Source: Eledone cirrhosa (lineage: Eukaryota). From it: 64,000 nucleotides of DNA. The notes under the pieces are model-generated. The model searched no databases. It was not told the DNA's origin and saw nothing but the letters and a program-made list of their open reading frames with translations. The stretch spans positions 103,664,001 to 103,728,000 of the forward strand of contig OZ024744.1 in the NCBI GenBank assembly GCA_964016885.1, read 5' to 3'. Both the position numbers and the translations under genes were made by a program. This document shows positions 11,360 to 25,376 of this stretch, piece by piece. Within the stretch, counting starts at the first letter, position 1. Each line of letters opens with the position of its first letter.

Positions 11360-11510
11360 CACCTGCACACATACATAGACAAACCCATACAGACATATGT
11401 ATGTTTTTATCATGTTGATGTCTAAATTCTAAGAATTTCTGTTTCTATGTTAAAAACTTGCTCTTTCTCTATTGAGGAAAATTTCTAAAATAATAATACT
11501 AGAAGAACAT
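11360..11510 (+). mobile_element. Old 3'-end remnant of the R4-like (CATA-associated) LINE
   Basis: GTTGATGTCTAAATT...CTATGTTA...CTCTATTG...AGAAGAACATACAT resembles the 3' ends at ~47690 and ~61385. Confidence 0.6.
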
Positions 11511-11582
11511 ACATATATATACTCACAAATACATATACATGTAGTAATGCTATTATTTTACTTGACATTTTTTCTTCCTCAG

Positions 11583-11609
11583 ATATGGCTTTACTAGACC
11601 GCTCTGAAG
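11583..11609 (+). CDS. Host-gene micro-exon E2 (27 nt, phase 1-1): DMALLDRSE
   Basis: tttttttcttcctcag-type acceptor; AAG|GTAAGA donor; 2+8x3+1 nt. Confidence 0.75.
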
Positions 11610-11689
11610 GTAAGAGATAATTTAATGACTTGTAATGTTTTGTTTAATATTTTATTATATTTTATTGTTCTGTCATATATATATATATA

Positions 11690-14400
11690 CCACATCCGCA
11701 GTGAGGAACACAACTAATGCTGCAGTAGGAGGAGTGGGTTTTGTGTTCAGTACAAGAACCAATCTATTAGTGGAGGAAATCATATCTGTCTCCCCACAAG
11801 TGTTGAGGGTGACCTTCAATGGAAACTCAAGACTGACAGTCACCTCAGCCTATAGTCCAACTGAAGGAGACAGTGATGTGAGTGCAGAGGAGTTCCATGA
11901 GGAAGTGTGTACAGCTGTCAACACTACACTAGCTTATAACATCCTGCTTGTTCTGGGGGACTTCAATGCACATCTGAGTAAGGAAAGCAGTGAAGGTCCT
12001 TGCTGGTACTGCCACAACAACACCAACTGTAATGGAAGACTACTGAGGGACACACTATTGGCAACCAACCTAAGGTTTAGGAAGAAGCCAGGGAAGATGT
12101 CAACCTACATTTCTGATATGCACCTGTCCATGTCCCAGATTGATTTCATTCTGGTGAGGAAGAAGTGGCGGAATAGTGTTCTGAACACAGAACCATACAA
12201 TTATTTCAGTATACTGGGCAGTGACCACCAGCTTGTTATGAGTGAGGTCCGGGTGAGCTTAAGAAAGAGCAAGGCTCAGCCCCAGAGAGCAATCTATAAC
12301 TGGGAAGCTTTCAAAGAAGATGATAAGCTACAGGAGAGGTTCACAGTAGAAGTGAGGAACAGGTTCAGTGCTCTGTGTGGAGAGACAGAGGAGAGAGAGA
12401 TTGGAGGGACTGAGGAGAGTGTGACGAGGAGATACGGGTACTTCACCACTGCAGTGGCAGAAGCAAGGAGAGAGAAGAAGAGGAAAAATGTCAGCGCTGC
12501 AGACCCAAAAGTGTGTGCAGCCAAAGAACACCTGAAAGCTGCTAAGGACCAATTCCATGCTGATCCTATGGAGGAGAGGAAGAAGATTATAGAGGTGATG
12601 AAGGCAGAACTCTTACCGCTTACACTGAGGCCAGAGAGGAGGCACTGATAGAGAAGATCAGAAGTGTGGAGAGAGTGGTTGGCAGGTCTAGGTGTAAAGA
12701 GAGCTGGACGATCATCAACAAGATCACAGGGAGGGAGAGAAGGTGTTCAAGTCAGATCCAGGGAATGGGGCCCGAGGATAGGAAGAGGAAATGGCTGGAC
12801 CATTTTCAGACCCTACTAGGAGATCCGCCCTTCACAGTCCAGAACACTGGGGAGATCAGGCGGCTGTTTGAGGAACTGGATATTTAGACAGGACCCTTCA
12901 CCAGAGAGGAGCTTCAGAGAGCCAAGAAGAAGATCAAGAAGGGCAAAGCCCATGGAGAAGGTGGAGTGGCATCAGAGGGGTGATGAAGAAGTGTGATTTT
13001 GATATTATTTTGGAGTTCTGTAACCAGGCACTGGAGAAAGGAGTTGCCCTGAATCAGTGGAGGATCAGTAAAATCGTCCCAGTGCCAAAGAAGGGAGATC
13101 TCTCTAACACCAACAACTACAGGGGTATCTCACTAACATCACTTGTAGCAAAGACCCTCAACAGGATGATTCTTAACAAGATCCGGCCCAAGATGGAGAA
13201 GAAGCGCAGGGACAACCAGAATGGCTTCAGAGAGGGAAGATCAACCACCAGTAACATTCTGAGGCTGAGGAGGATATTAGAGGGAGCTAGAGCAAAGAGC
13301 CTTCCTGCTGTCATGGTTTTCATTGACCGTCACTACTGATGAAGATCTTACAGGTTTATGGAATCCCCAAGAAGATAGTGGACCTGATATCACTGCTCTA
13401 CACCAACATCAGAGCCCAAGTCATTACACCTGATTGGATGACGGAGTTCTTTGAGATACTGGCTGGAGTGCTCCAGGGAGATACATTGGCACCCTACCTT
13501 TTTATCATCCCAGTGGACTATGGTATGCGCCTTGCGCTGAAGAAACACCAGGACTCTGGCTTTACTGTAGCACCGGCTCAGAGCAGGAGAGTTAAGGCTA
13601 AAAAAATATGAGATCCTAAATTTGCTGACAACATAGTTCTGGTGACAAACACAGTGAAGGAGGCAGAGGAGTTAATGCAGGAGGTGGAGACTGTGTCGAT
13701 GAGTGAGGGGCTGAGAATGAATGAGATTAAGACGAAGTATCTGATAGAGAACATTAAGAAGCCAGAGAAGATTATGAATGTAGGCGGAAAGCCGCTAGCA
13801 TTGGTTGAGGAGTTCCTGTATCTGGGAGCAAAGATTGGGAACACAGAGGATGATGTGGTTGAGAGGAAGAGCAAAGCATGGGCGGCGTGCCACAGTTTGA
13901 GATCAGTGTGGAAGTCGGACCTTCGTAAAGACCTGAAGATCCATCTCTTCATTGCTACAGTGGAGTCTGTGCTACTGTACGCGTCTGAGACTTGGACACT
14001 GACTAAGAAACTCACTCCGATGGTGGATGGGTGCTACACGAGAATGTTGAGGATGGCTCTGAACATTAATCAGTATACACTGAAGACGAAGAACTCAGAG
14101 CTGTACAGGAGCCTCCCAAAAGTCAGCTCGAAAGTAACACAGAGGAGACTGAGGTTAGCTGGACATGCTCATCGACATCCAGAGTTGACACTGCACTCAG
14201 TGCTCCTGTGGGAGCCCCTACATGGACACACTAGAAGAGGGAGACCGAGATTGACATATATTGATGCCCTAAGGACAGACACTGGTCTCTGGGAGATGCA
14301 GAGACGCAGGACATGGCGGTGATGATGATGGACAGAGAGCGCTGGAGAGAACTCATCTATGGATCTTGGGAATTTTACCCGCCCTAGATATATATATATT
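11690..14400 (+). mobile_element. RTE-like LINE (APE + RT), 5'-truncated and frameshifted
   Basis: APE motifs GDFNAH, IDFIL, SDH; RT motifs NYRGISL, QNGFR, GVLQGDTLAP, FADN; GRPRLTY. A 31-bp TSD at 11654-11684 and 14402-14432. Confidence 0.9.
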
Positions 14401-14550
14401 CATTATATTTTATTGTTCTGTCATATATATATGTATGTATATATCATCATCATCATCGTTTAATGTCCATCTTCCACGCTACCATGGGTTAGACGGTTTT
14501 ATTCCATTTGATGCGGGAATGGTCTGGAGACTGTGTCTCACTCGTGTATA

Positions 14551-15260
14551 TCTATACTATAAAGCTGACGGCCGTATGTAAGTAACAAACTTTCTGCCAA
14601 GTGGCTGGACCAAACGGTGTCAAATTTGCACCATAGATGTAACTTTTTCCAAGTAAGAAAGTGAGGGTATTTTTGTCTACTGAATTTTGTTAAAAGATTA
14701 AACACATTATTTAATTATTCACTTCTTTAAAATTTTCAAATGTCAACACTTCCGGTTATACAACATTCCTAACGTCTTCACGAACCAAAGTATCATCTTC
14801 CTGTTTTCTTTCGGTTGCAAAGTTTTTCAAAATATTTACTTCTGCGTTCACAGATTGATTCTTTTAGTTTCAGAGATCTCGTTAAAGGTGAAAGCAGCGA
14901 TTCTTTGCTTAAACTTTAATCTGTTATTTTAATATATATAATTATATATTCCGAGGGCCAAACAAAAAATATTGTATACTCTGAGGCTCTAACAATGTAA
15001 TTTATGTATTTTCTGTTACTTGGAATTTCCATTATGGTTGTACAAATTATTGTAAAGTTTGTTAAAAAATCTGTTCTCTGTTCAACCTTTATTGTAACTA
15101 TCAATTTTCTTTAACTTACTGGCTGAGAAAAGAAACCTACAATGAAAAAACATCTTAAAGTTTACCCAAGCCAAATGTATTTATTAACATTTCTATCTGC
15201 AGGTTCTTAGCAAGCTTACTGACGCTTTAGTATGGTATTCAATTCTCATATCGTTTTTTA
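14551..15260 (+). mobile_element. Non-autonomous Helitron-like fragment
   Basis: Begins A|TCTATACTAT (Helitron-type 5' TC end); 14825-14940 is the reverse complement of 36530-36650, which adjoins a Helitron-like ORF. Confidence 0.5.
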
Positions 15261-15269
15261 TTGAGAGCT

Positions 15270-16035
15270 TATACCGCTGTTGGCCACAAAAGGTTTCTCT
15301 ACAAAATAAAAGGCAGATTGTATGATGCTTGTATACGAACAGCAATGCTACATGGCAGTGAGACATGGGCATTGCGTGCAGAGGACCTGCGTAGACTGGA
15401 AAGGAACGAAGCATGCATGCTCCGTTGGATGTGTAATAGTAATATACATGAACGGCAAAGCATAAATGAACTAAGTGAGAAATTAGGAATAAGAGGGATC
15501 AGATGCTGTTTACTCGAGAGAAGACTACGTTGGTATGGCCACGTGATGTGCATGGAAGATGACAGCTGTATAAAAAAGTGCAGTGCGATCAAAATTGATG
15601 GTAGTTACGGAGTAGGTAGACCCAGAAAAACCTGGGACGATCTGATAAATTCGACCTTACACACTTGCACCTCTCTAAGAAAATGTCACTGGACTGAGAT
15701 CTTTGGCGCTACGCAGTAATACAGAAGACCCGCCTTGCCTATGTACAAAGCGAAACCTACAGTTAGTAGGCACCTCTTAACCAAATATACACCCCAATCC
15801 ACTACCCCTACCCTATCCTCCCACTCCCATTAACACCACCCCCTCTCTATAAAGTTGGTACCACAACATCCAGTCCAAATAAATGAGATCGAGATCGTGT
15901 AGGTGTCACGAGAAAAAAACACACAGTCCACACTGTAATGTGGCTGTGTAGGTAACACGGTAAAAAGTTCCCAGTTCCACACTGTAAATGTGGTTGGTGT
16001 TAGGAGGGGCATCCAGCCGTAGAAAACCTGCCTCT
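15270..16035 (+). mobile_element. RTE LINE 3' fragment
   Basis: KGRLYDACIRTAMLHGSETW...RRLRWYGHV...GRPRKTW followed by the 3' UTR. Confidence 0.85.
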
Positions 16036-16413
16036 GAAGTTTGATGTTCCGATGGCGCTGTTCGGCCCGTTTTTCTTCATTCCTGGCTCCACGCCATCGC
16101 CGCTGTAGTTCACTGTTTGATAAAGTCGAATTGCTTTTACTTTCTGTGGAACGCTGCACGCACACACACACACACACATAAACATATGCGCATGTACATA
16201 CACACGCATACATGGTAATAGTTACAGCGTTCACTTTGCCTCTCTATTTCTTACTCTCCCCTCTCACTCCCTCATTGGCATTATGCATATTAATTTAAGT
16301 TTGGCATCGTTGAGGTGGGCGGAGTCATTTGAAACCTATGAACCAATGATAATCGATATTTATGACAGACGGAATACTGACATTGTTGAAATTAATATAT
16401 AGATAAATGAATG

Positions 16414-16449
<36 letters not shown>

Positions 16450-16452
<3 letters not shown>

Positions 16453-17018
16453 CATCACCATCCTCAATATTAAATGTCCACTTTCTTCGCTTGCATGAGT
16501 TAGATGGGCTTTTACCTTATGAGACAAGTCAAGTCAGGTGACCACATCTTGCCCATACGAATCTGATTTTGGTTTGATTTCTATAGCTGAATGCCCTTCA
16601 TAACACCAACTACATTACAGTGTGGACTGGGTACTTTTACTGTGACACCAAAACAACCATTTAATGGATTGGACTGGGTAGTTGTTGTTGTCATCAACAC
16701 AACCACCTTGTAATATTGACTGGGCATTTTTTGCCATGTTACCAGCATGGCCACCTAACAAGCACGACCACTTTACAGTGTGGACTAGGTGCATTGTGTT
16801 GTGTCACCAGCATGACTGCCTTACAGTGTGAACAGAGTGCTTTTATTGCCATCTAACAGGGTGGACTGGGTAATTTTTGTTGTATCACCAGTACAACCCC
16901 TTTACAATATGGGCTGGGCATTTTTTGTCATGCCACCAAAGTTCATTGTCATAGCCAGTAGTTTAAAGTTGAATATTGAAAGTGAAGCTGCCATTAGCAA
17001 ATCTTGCTGGATAGATTT

Positions 17019-17098
<80 letters not shown>

Positions 17099-17500
17099 AT
17101 GTGTGTATATATATATATATATTATATATCATCATCATCATCATCACCGTTTTACATCAATGTTTCCACGCTAGCAGGGGTTAGAGAGGTTGTCCTGTGG
17201 TAGACAATGCCAGATCAGGTGACCATGTCTTGCTCATACAGGACTAATTTTGGTTCGGTTTCTACGGCTGGATGCCTTTCCTAACACCAACCTAGGTGCT
17301 TTTTTACTGTGGTGCCTTTACAGTATGGACTGGGTGTTTTTTGTTGTGACACCTACACAACCACTTTACAGTGGGCGGGGATGGAGGCATATTGTCTATA
17401 TGCTTCAGCTTCAGCTTGTACCCGTGGGAACTCGGATCTTCTGTATTACTGCGTAATGCCAGAGGTCTTAGTCCTGTGTCATCACCTTTGAGGGGTGCAA
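16450..17500 (-). mobile_element. Two RTE 3'-UTR remnants separated by (TA)n
   Basis: Repeated ACCACTTTACAGTGTGGACTGGG-like units and CAT tails shared with the other RTE copies; (TA)n at ~17024-17092. Confidence 0.6.
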
Positions 17501-17854
17501 TTATATATATGTGTGTATGTAAAGTTTGAATATTGAATAATATACGATATGTTTACAAATAAACATTTGAAAGTCTTTATCTATGAATTTTAAAGGTGGT
17601 GGCTGGTTCCAGCTGACGCAAGAAGTATATTATTTGATATACAAACTTTACATACATACATGTATAGAGCTATGTTGGAATGAATACCTTAATTTTATTC
17701 CTTGTTCAGGCTGAGCCAGCGTACAGCTTTATATGCAAATGGGGCTAATCAGCCCATATACCTAAGTTTTAAAACTATATGTTTGCACCTATTTGAGTTT
17801 CAGTTTAAAGCAAGGTAAAGGGGTGTATTAACTTGACAACAGCCAAATAAATTC

Positions 17855-18485
17855 GACAACTCCAAACCTTGAGAGCTTGATAATGGCATCAACAACAAAA
17901 AGATCCAGAAAATAACCAGTCATGGTAACACCATCTCCACACCAAACCACCACGCCTGGGTTGCAAGAACATCTAACCATTCCAATCATTGGACACTTAT
18001 CCAAACTACTGATCCTCAACCCACTCACCCAACAGCACAGTTAGACCACCGTGTCCCCCAACTGGAAAATGTAACTGCAGATCCTCCACGGAGTGTCCTC
18101 TAAAAAATAACTGCCTAGTCTCCAGAATTGTCTACAGATGCACCCTTCATACAACAAATAATATATCTACATAGGAGCAATTGGAAAGGACTTTAAATCC
18201 AAGTTCTGTAACCACACCTGTTCCTTCAAATATCAGCACAAACTATCACAAACCAATCTGTCGGAGCAGGTCTGGCAGCTGAAGAACAAAATCATCAGCT
18301 TCACAATGGAAAAGGCTGTCCTTAAATGCACACCTCCATACAGTTTAGGAGGAAGACAATGCCAGTTGTGCCTCTCGGAATCTGCAGAAATCAACAATCT
18401 TAAGGAACATGGAATCAACTCGAGGTTCGAGGTTGTGATGAACTGCTTGCCCCAATGCGCTCCTGTTCATCAAGTATGCAGGCAC
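17855..18485 (+). mobile_element. Penelope-like element remnant (linker + GIY-YIG)
   Basis: KCNCRSSTECPLKNNCLVSRIVYRC...YIGAIGKDFK...NH...LSEQVWQLK...CQLCLSE. Confidence 0.85.
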
Positions 18486-19106
18486 ATGGACACCAAGAAA
18501 TGTAAAGTAAAGACAGTGCCTAGACATGGCCTTATCAGGATACACTACACAGATATGCAGGACACTTCTAGGATCAATTTTCCCCTAATTATATGTATAT
18601 GTATTTATTTGTGTATCTTTATTTGTTTTATATATGTATGCATGTATACATGGGTGTGTCTCCGTGTATGTCTGTGTGTGTATATTCCTACGTGTAAGTA
18701 CTGAAACATGGATTTATATGTTTTGTGTTGATGAATAAACATGTAAACGAGTGTGTGTATATGCAACTATGTAAGTGTGTGTACCTGTATATACATGCAC
18801 ACATACATACAAATACATGCACAAGTGCCTGTGTGTATATGTGCATGGACACGTGTATGTGCATGTGTGTGTGTGGGGGGGGGGGGGGTGTATGTGTATA
18901 TGTGTATGATTGCATGTGTGTGTGTGTGTACATGTGTGTCTGTGTCTCTGAACACAGAAATGTTTGTGTTCATGTGTGTATGTAGGCTTATGTTCATCTG
19001 TATATAAAAAAATATATATGTATGTCTGAGTGTGTGTGTATGTATATGATAGTGTGTTTATATATAAACATAAACGTATGGACACTCATTATTGTTGTCA
19101 TTATTA

Positions 19107-19345
19107 CTTCATCCTTACAGGGTCGATAGAATAAAGTACCAGTAATGCACTGGGTAATTGCTGGCCTTGTGCCTAAAAGTAGAAACAATTATTAATGTTG
19201 TTATTATTATTGTAACTGTTATCAATATTATTTTTTTTAATTTTTACGTGATCGATAAAATAAAGTACCAGTTATGCACTGTGGTTGATAATCGACTTTC
19301 CCTTTCCTCAAAATTGCTGGCCTTGTGCCTAAATCAGAAACCATT
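19107..19345 (+). mobile_element. Two partial tRNA-derived SINE 3' halves
   Basis: CATCCTTACAGGGTCGATAGAATAAAGTACCAG...TTGCTGGCCTTGTGCCTAAA matches the full SINEs at 31258 and 53597. Confidence 0.7.
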
Positions 19346-19444
19346 ATTATTATTATTCATTTATTTACTTGGTGGCCTTAGGCTGTTTAGTGAGAATTGT
19401 CACTACTGGTGTGCTGACCTTATACTGGGTCTTGTATTCCCTTA

Positions 19445-21900
19445 GAACACCTTGATAAATTCATTGTCGCGAGAGTTGTATCAGAGTCACAATGTGGCTT
19501 CTGCCCTTCTCAAGGGACAATTAATATGATCTTCACCATCTAGTAACTACAAGAGAAATGGAATGAACAAAATACCATTGTTTGATAGATGTTTGTAAAT
19601 ATAACTGTGACTCTTCAGAAGGATATGAAGGCCCAGGTTAACTTTGGTAAAACCTTATTGGAACCATTTTCAGTTGTAAATGGAGTGAAGCAAGGTGATC
19701 TCATAGCACTGACACTCATCTCCATATATTTTGCAACTATGCTATTAAATGCATTTGCAATTTCAACAAATAGCATCTACATACAATACTTCTCTTCAGG
19801 TAATGTGTTTAATCTGTCAGGAATAAACTTCAAATCCAAAGTCTTTACCTCTCTGGTACATGATCTTTTATAGGCAGATGACTGTGACCTTGTAATTCAC
19901 ACAAAGCACAGCTTATAGATCCTAATTAATGCATTTGATTCTACACTTGATTCATCCATAAAGATGGGGAATCAGGGACTGACATCAATAATTGATTTTG
20001 TTATTGACTCTGATATCTTTGATTCTGTACTGGATGTTTGTGTTAAGAGAAGGGCTGAGCTGTCAACTGATCACCATCTAGTTATCTGTAACTTGAGACG
20101 ACCTAAGGCTAAAGAAGCCTACAAAACTGGTAGGTCCAGCTTGAACTACAGGACAAAGTAGGAAGCGTTGGTGGATAAGGAAGTCATGACCAGGTATGCA
20201 GATACTATTGCATCCAAATTCAGAGATTTCCTTGAGCAAACAGAAGACACTGAAACAGAGTGGAGATTGTTTAGCTCAGCAGTTTCTGCTTCAGCTATTA
20301 AGTGCTGTGGGTAAAAGAGGCTTGGTGTGGGGTTGGAAATATAATAGTAAATATTGAGTAATGTAAATGCTAAAGGGTTAAATAGAGAAGGTACTCTCTG
20401 GCTGACTCATGTATGTTGGGTGGCTTTGATCTCTGGAAAGGCACCTAAGCAATGGCAATCAGAAGTGATAATCTCAATTTTCAAAAAGTGAGACAAGAGA
20501 GATTGTTCCAATTACAGAGGGATATCCTTGTTAACCCTCCCCGCTAAAGTCTATGCTAAGTGCCTGGCAAAGAGATGCAGGGAGATTGTCGAGTCCAAGT
20601 TAGCTGATGAATAGTGTGGTTTTTGCCCCGGACACAGCTCAGCCAACCAAATATTCACACTGGCAGGTCTTTGAGATATATTCTTGTTTTGTAGATTTTG
20701 AAAAGGAATATGATCGTGTTTCTTGGGACCTGTTGTGGAAGGTTGTACAGGAGTATGGGATAGATGATCAGCTGCTTTCTGCCTTGATGTCTCTATACGA
20801 ATGTTCGAGTATTTATGTTCGGATAAATGGCTGGAATGAAAATCAGTGTTGCGAAAACTGAGACACTTGTCCTTTCAAGGAAGCCTGTGCAGTGCACTCC
20901 ATATATGAATAGAGTGCCATTGAAGCAGGTGGAGAAGTTCAGGAGGCTGAATTAAGTGCAAGAATTGCAGAAGCTGGTATCGTAATATGCCAGCTACAGT
21001 ATTCAATAATCAGAAGGGAGGTAGGTGTAAAAGCCAAATCCACAATCTTCAATTTGGTATGCGTGCCAACCCTTACCTAAGTTCACGAATCTTGAGTAAT
21101 GATCAAAAGAATACAATTGCAAATACAACTGGCTGAAATGGGATTCCTCTGAAGGGTTATGGCGATCTGAGATTCACTTCAAGTAGAGCCACTACTTCTC
21201 CGAATTTAGAGATCACAGCTCCGATACTATGGACATGGGGTTAGAATGTCTCAGGAAAGAATTGCTGGACAGATTTTACAGGCAAAACCAACCGGCAAGA
21301 GACCAGGGGTAGACCCCGAGCAAGATGGTTGAATAACATCCATGAGCTCGGCTGGTCTTGCTTGGGGTTGCAGCTGGATCAGTTGGAGACAGTTGCATCT
21401 GACAGACTTGCTGGAAGTAGTGTTTGAGGGCTCAGCCCCAACAACCCTCTCGGGAATAAGTGGGCAAAGAAGATACTAGATGTGATGTGTTTGGTCTCAA
21501 AATTAATTAAAAAAACTGTTGTAATGCATCAATCTTCCCCTTATGAACAAATCAACATTCCTCAGATACTGGTTAACGGTATATGCTTAAAGTTGTGACT
21601 TCTTTTGAATACCTGGTAGTCTGTTACATGTTGATGAAAGTTGGACACAAAAATCAATTCTTATATTGGGCAGCAAAAGCCTTTGGCAGCCTAGGATCTA
21701 AGGTCTGGTCATAGTGCCATATTAAGGCTAACAGTAACATCATGGTGTATGTCTCATTTGCTCTTTCTGTATTCTTCTGAAACTTGGACAATATACACAT
21801 GTCAAGTAAAAATGTAGGAAATATTTCACCAGAAATGTCTCCTCCATATAGTTAAAATAAGCTGGTCTTCACTCTTACCTGACACTGAGGTTCTCATTGC
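19445..21900 (+). mobile_element. Nested degenerate RTE-clade LINEs
   Basis: Outer element (NGVKQGD, ADD-like) is split by a second RTE at ~19960-21475 (TDHHLV, NYRGISL, CFVDFEKEYD, GKRPG-RP). Confidence 0.7.
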
Positions 21901-21904
<4 letters not shown>

Positions 21905-21939
<35 letters not shown>

Positions 21940-24810
21940 AATTATTGTGTACAGTGCTGAGGTGCACTACAACTCGTCAAAGGTGCATGTATAGTACATA
22001 GAATAATATACAAATGTCAGGGAAGTGAATAGTGTATGAGTCATGATATACATGTGTGTATGTGTATGGAGGGGGAACATTAGGTGTAGTGTTGGCGAAT
22101 CTCGGGAAGCATAGAAGTTTTAAAGGATGCAGTGTCTCGACAGCTAACAACTGATGCAGGTAGTTTGTTCCATGGAGGTTTTAAAGGATGCAGTGTCTCG
22201 ACAGCTAACAATTGATGCAGGTAGTTTGTTCCATGGAGGTTTTAAAGGATGCAGTGTCTCGACAGCTAACAACTGATGCAGGTAGTTTGTTCCATGCTTC
22301 AGCAACTCTGAGCGTGAAAAAATGTTTCCGAAAGTCATGGGAGCTGTACTGTTTTCTGACTTTGTGGGCATGCCCACGTGTGTTAGACACATGGGAATCA
22401 AAAAGGTACTCAGGGTTGTTGTTGGCAAGATGGTTAATAATTTTGTGGGTGTTTACCAAGTCAGTTGCCAGACATTGGAGCTTCAATGTATCCATGCCCA
22501 GGGAAGCAAGGTGTTCAGAGTATGGTAGATGCCTGATGGAGGGTATTCGCTTGGTTGCACGTCTCTGAACAGTTTCCAGGCGGTCAATGTTCTGAGCAAG
22601 ATAGGGGTTGCAGACTGGTGATGCAAATTCTAAGTGTGGCCGCACCATAGCCATGTACAGCCTTAAATAGATAGCTGGAGAGCGGCTGACAAAGGTCTTG
22701 CTGAATGATGCTAAGACACCCTCGGCCCTCTTGACAATTTTAGAGACGTGCTTCGACCAACACAAATCGCTGCTGACCATAATGCCCAGGTCACGTTCAC
22801 AAGAAGACTTCTTGATATTAGTGCTGTGTAGGAAGTAAGTGGACGTTGGGTTTTTACTCCCAAAATGCATGGTGGTGCACTTGTCTACAGCTAGCTTGAG
22901 TTGCCAGTCTGTGATCCATTGTTGCATTGTGTCCAGGTCATACTGCAAGCCAGATCTATAGTGTTCAGGATCTGTCCTTTTTATCTCAAGGTACAGTTTG
23001 ATGTCATCTGCGTATTTCAGTACTGTGGCATTCTTTAAGTTGGCATCTATGTCATTAATATATGCCACAAACAAAAGGGGGCCAAGAACAGATGACATCT
23101 CATATGGTGAGGAATGGTGTCCCAGAATCGTGACTACCTCTCTTCGACTGAGAATGAAGGACTTCAACCAGTTAAAAAGATCATCCTTCACACCCATTGC
23201 AGAGAGTTTTGCCATAACCCTTTTGTGTGGCACAGAATTGAAAGCTTTCGCAAAGTGAAGGTAAACAACATCCACCCATGAGCCGCCATCATTGATCCGG
23301 GTGATGTCTTCAAGAAACTCTATAAGTTGACCACAGCAGCTGGAGTTAAGGATAAATCCAAATTGCGAGGGCCGGATAAGACTGTGAGAGTTCCAGAAGT
23401 TCCAAAGTGTTTCTCTGACACAGGGTTCCATCAGTTTGGCGATGCAGCTAGTAAGACTGACTGAACGATAGTTCACAGGTGATGTGCGGTCACCCTTTTT
23501 GAACAGAGGAATGACACTGGCAGTTTTCCACTGTTCTTGAGTAACACTGTTGTTCAGACAGAATTGGAAGAAGCGTGATAGTTGGTGCAGAAGGAGGTAC
23601 CCACCATGTTTAAGAAGCAGGTACGTAACACCATCAAGACCAGGAGAGGCATGGTTGCGTTTATTTTTAAGGTGACGTCGCAGCATTGCAGGTGTAAATT
23701 CCATGGTTGTAATGGAATCCGCTGTCATAGGGTGTGAGACACTCTGGTCTTCAATAGTGAAAATGCCTGCATAGCATTCAGCAATGAGCTCTGCGCATTC
23801 CTTGGGGTCGTCAGTAACCTGGCTTGTGTGGGGATTGTGAAGAGGACCAACTGGAGAGTGAGGCATCTGCTTTGAGTGAACATACTTCCAGAACACCTTG
23901 CTGTCAGGGCTGGTTGCTATGCACTGCCTTTTTTGACACCTGTTTGAGGTGGTTGGATGATTTATTTCGCCTCTTCCTATTGATGTCTGATTTGTGCAGT
24001 TTGTACTCACGTTCAGCATTACAACGTTCTTTTCTGGCAAGACAGACTGCTGCAGTCTCCGAAATTGCACTTTTGGGATGTTTTTTCTGCTGACGTGGCA
24101 CCGATGCTGCACATGCTGTCTATATTGAGCTCAGGATGTTCTGGAGTACAGTGTTGACATCTCCAGAGTCGTAGAACTCAAGCCAGTTTGGCCGTTGCAA
24201 CTCGTTGCAGTAACAGTTCCAGTCTGCTTTATTCCAGTCAAAGTGAGCAGTTTGGAGATGGTTGCGGTTTTTGTTACTGCCCATGAGGGATAAATTGGCA
24301 ATGATCATAGCATGATCAGAGTCACCTAAAGGTTCCTCAGTAGTAACACTAATAACCGTTTCAGGAGTAGTGGTGAAGAGTAGGTCCAAAGTGTTGTCAC
24401 CTGTTGTTGGGGAGGTGACTACTTGGGACCAATTCAAGTCCAGCACTAGCTCAAGGAAGTCATTTGCACTTGGCAGCCAACGAAAGGTTTCCCAGTCAAT
24501 CTCAGGGTGATTGAAGTCCCCTGCAATAAAAACATAAGTGGCTGTTTTCCTGGCAGCAGCTCTGAGGATATCACAAAGTTGAGTGTCCTGATGGTAATTT
24601 GGGGGACGGTAAACGACTCCAAATAGCAGTGTTGACATAGCAAGTTGTAGCCAGTTATGCTGAAAACCTTATCACAGAGTAAGGAATGTGCCCAAGTTTT
24701 CATGACTGTAATGAAGTCAGGGTTGGTACTTTTGACGTAGGAGTCAAAAAGATGAATCTTATTGCATAGACTACGTGCATTCAAGGACAACAATTTGTAC
24801 CTTGATTCCA
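21905..24810 (-). mobile_element. CR1-group LINE ORF2 (APE + RT), frameshifted
   Basis: LSLNARSL, GDFN, DLLFT, SDH; NYRSVSLTS, YADD, ERDLGI, HFFTLRVAEAWNKLP; (TTA)n tail at 21905-21938. Confidence 0.92.
22117..22295. repeat. 61-bp tandem triplication at the CR1 ORF2 end
   Basis: TAAAGGATGC recurs at 22121, 22182 and 22243. Confidence 0.9.
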
Positions 24811-25376
24811 GTATATGATCATGTGCAGGGGATGGCAGGTTGTTCTGATTTAATTTCCCAGAGTTTTCAGTTTTTTAATTGTCAGGTGTTGTGGGTACAG
24901 TGTTTTCAGACCAGCTGGTATCTCTTTTCCATGTTTCACCAGCCTTAACAAACTTCCATATCTGCCCATCATCACGTAGGCTGAAGCTTTCATGTTCTGC
25001 CGAGCTGCAGTTTAAGGAAGCTGCAAGATCACATCAATCCAAGCCATGCTTATTAGGTATTAACTATGATGGACAGCTCATCTAATGCTTTATGGTGACC
25101 TTATGCTGGGAAAAATAAAATAAAAAGGCAAAGGAAAGATACAAAGGCTCCTTAAAATCAAATTTGAAATGTCTTAAAATCATCATCATCGTTTAATGTC
25201 CATCTTCCATGCTAGCATGGGTAAGACGGGCAGTCCCTTTGTAAGGAATCAGGTCTGGGAACCATGATTTGCTCACACAGAACTGATTTTGGCTTGGTTT
25301 CTACAGCTGGATGCCCTTCCTAACGCCAACCACATTTACAGTGTTTCCTGGGGGTTTTTTGCCGTGTCTTCTACAC

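Noticed and set aside
16600-16935. CRISPR-like recurring ACCACTTTACAGTGTGGACTGGG units
   Set aside because: Degenerate tandem repeats of the RTE 3' UTR, seen in many copies; eukaryotic context and no cas genes.
17804-17814. 11-nt cag...gtaaag candidate micro-exon
   Set aside because: Not a multiple of 3, weak donor, adjacent to a Penelope remnant.
18560-19085. ORFs rich in CV/YI/HT dipeptides (also 2292-2875, 37793-38095, 49198-49462)
   Set aside because: Translations of (TG)n, (TA)n and (ATT)n low-complexity DNA.
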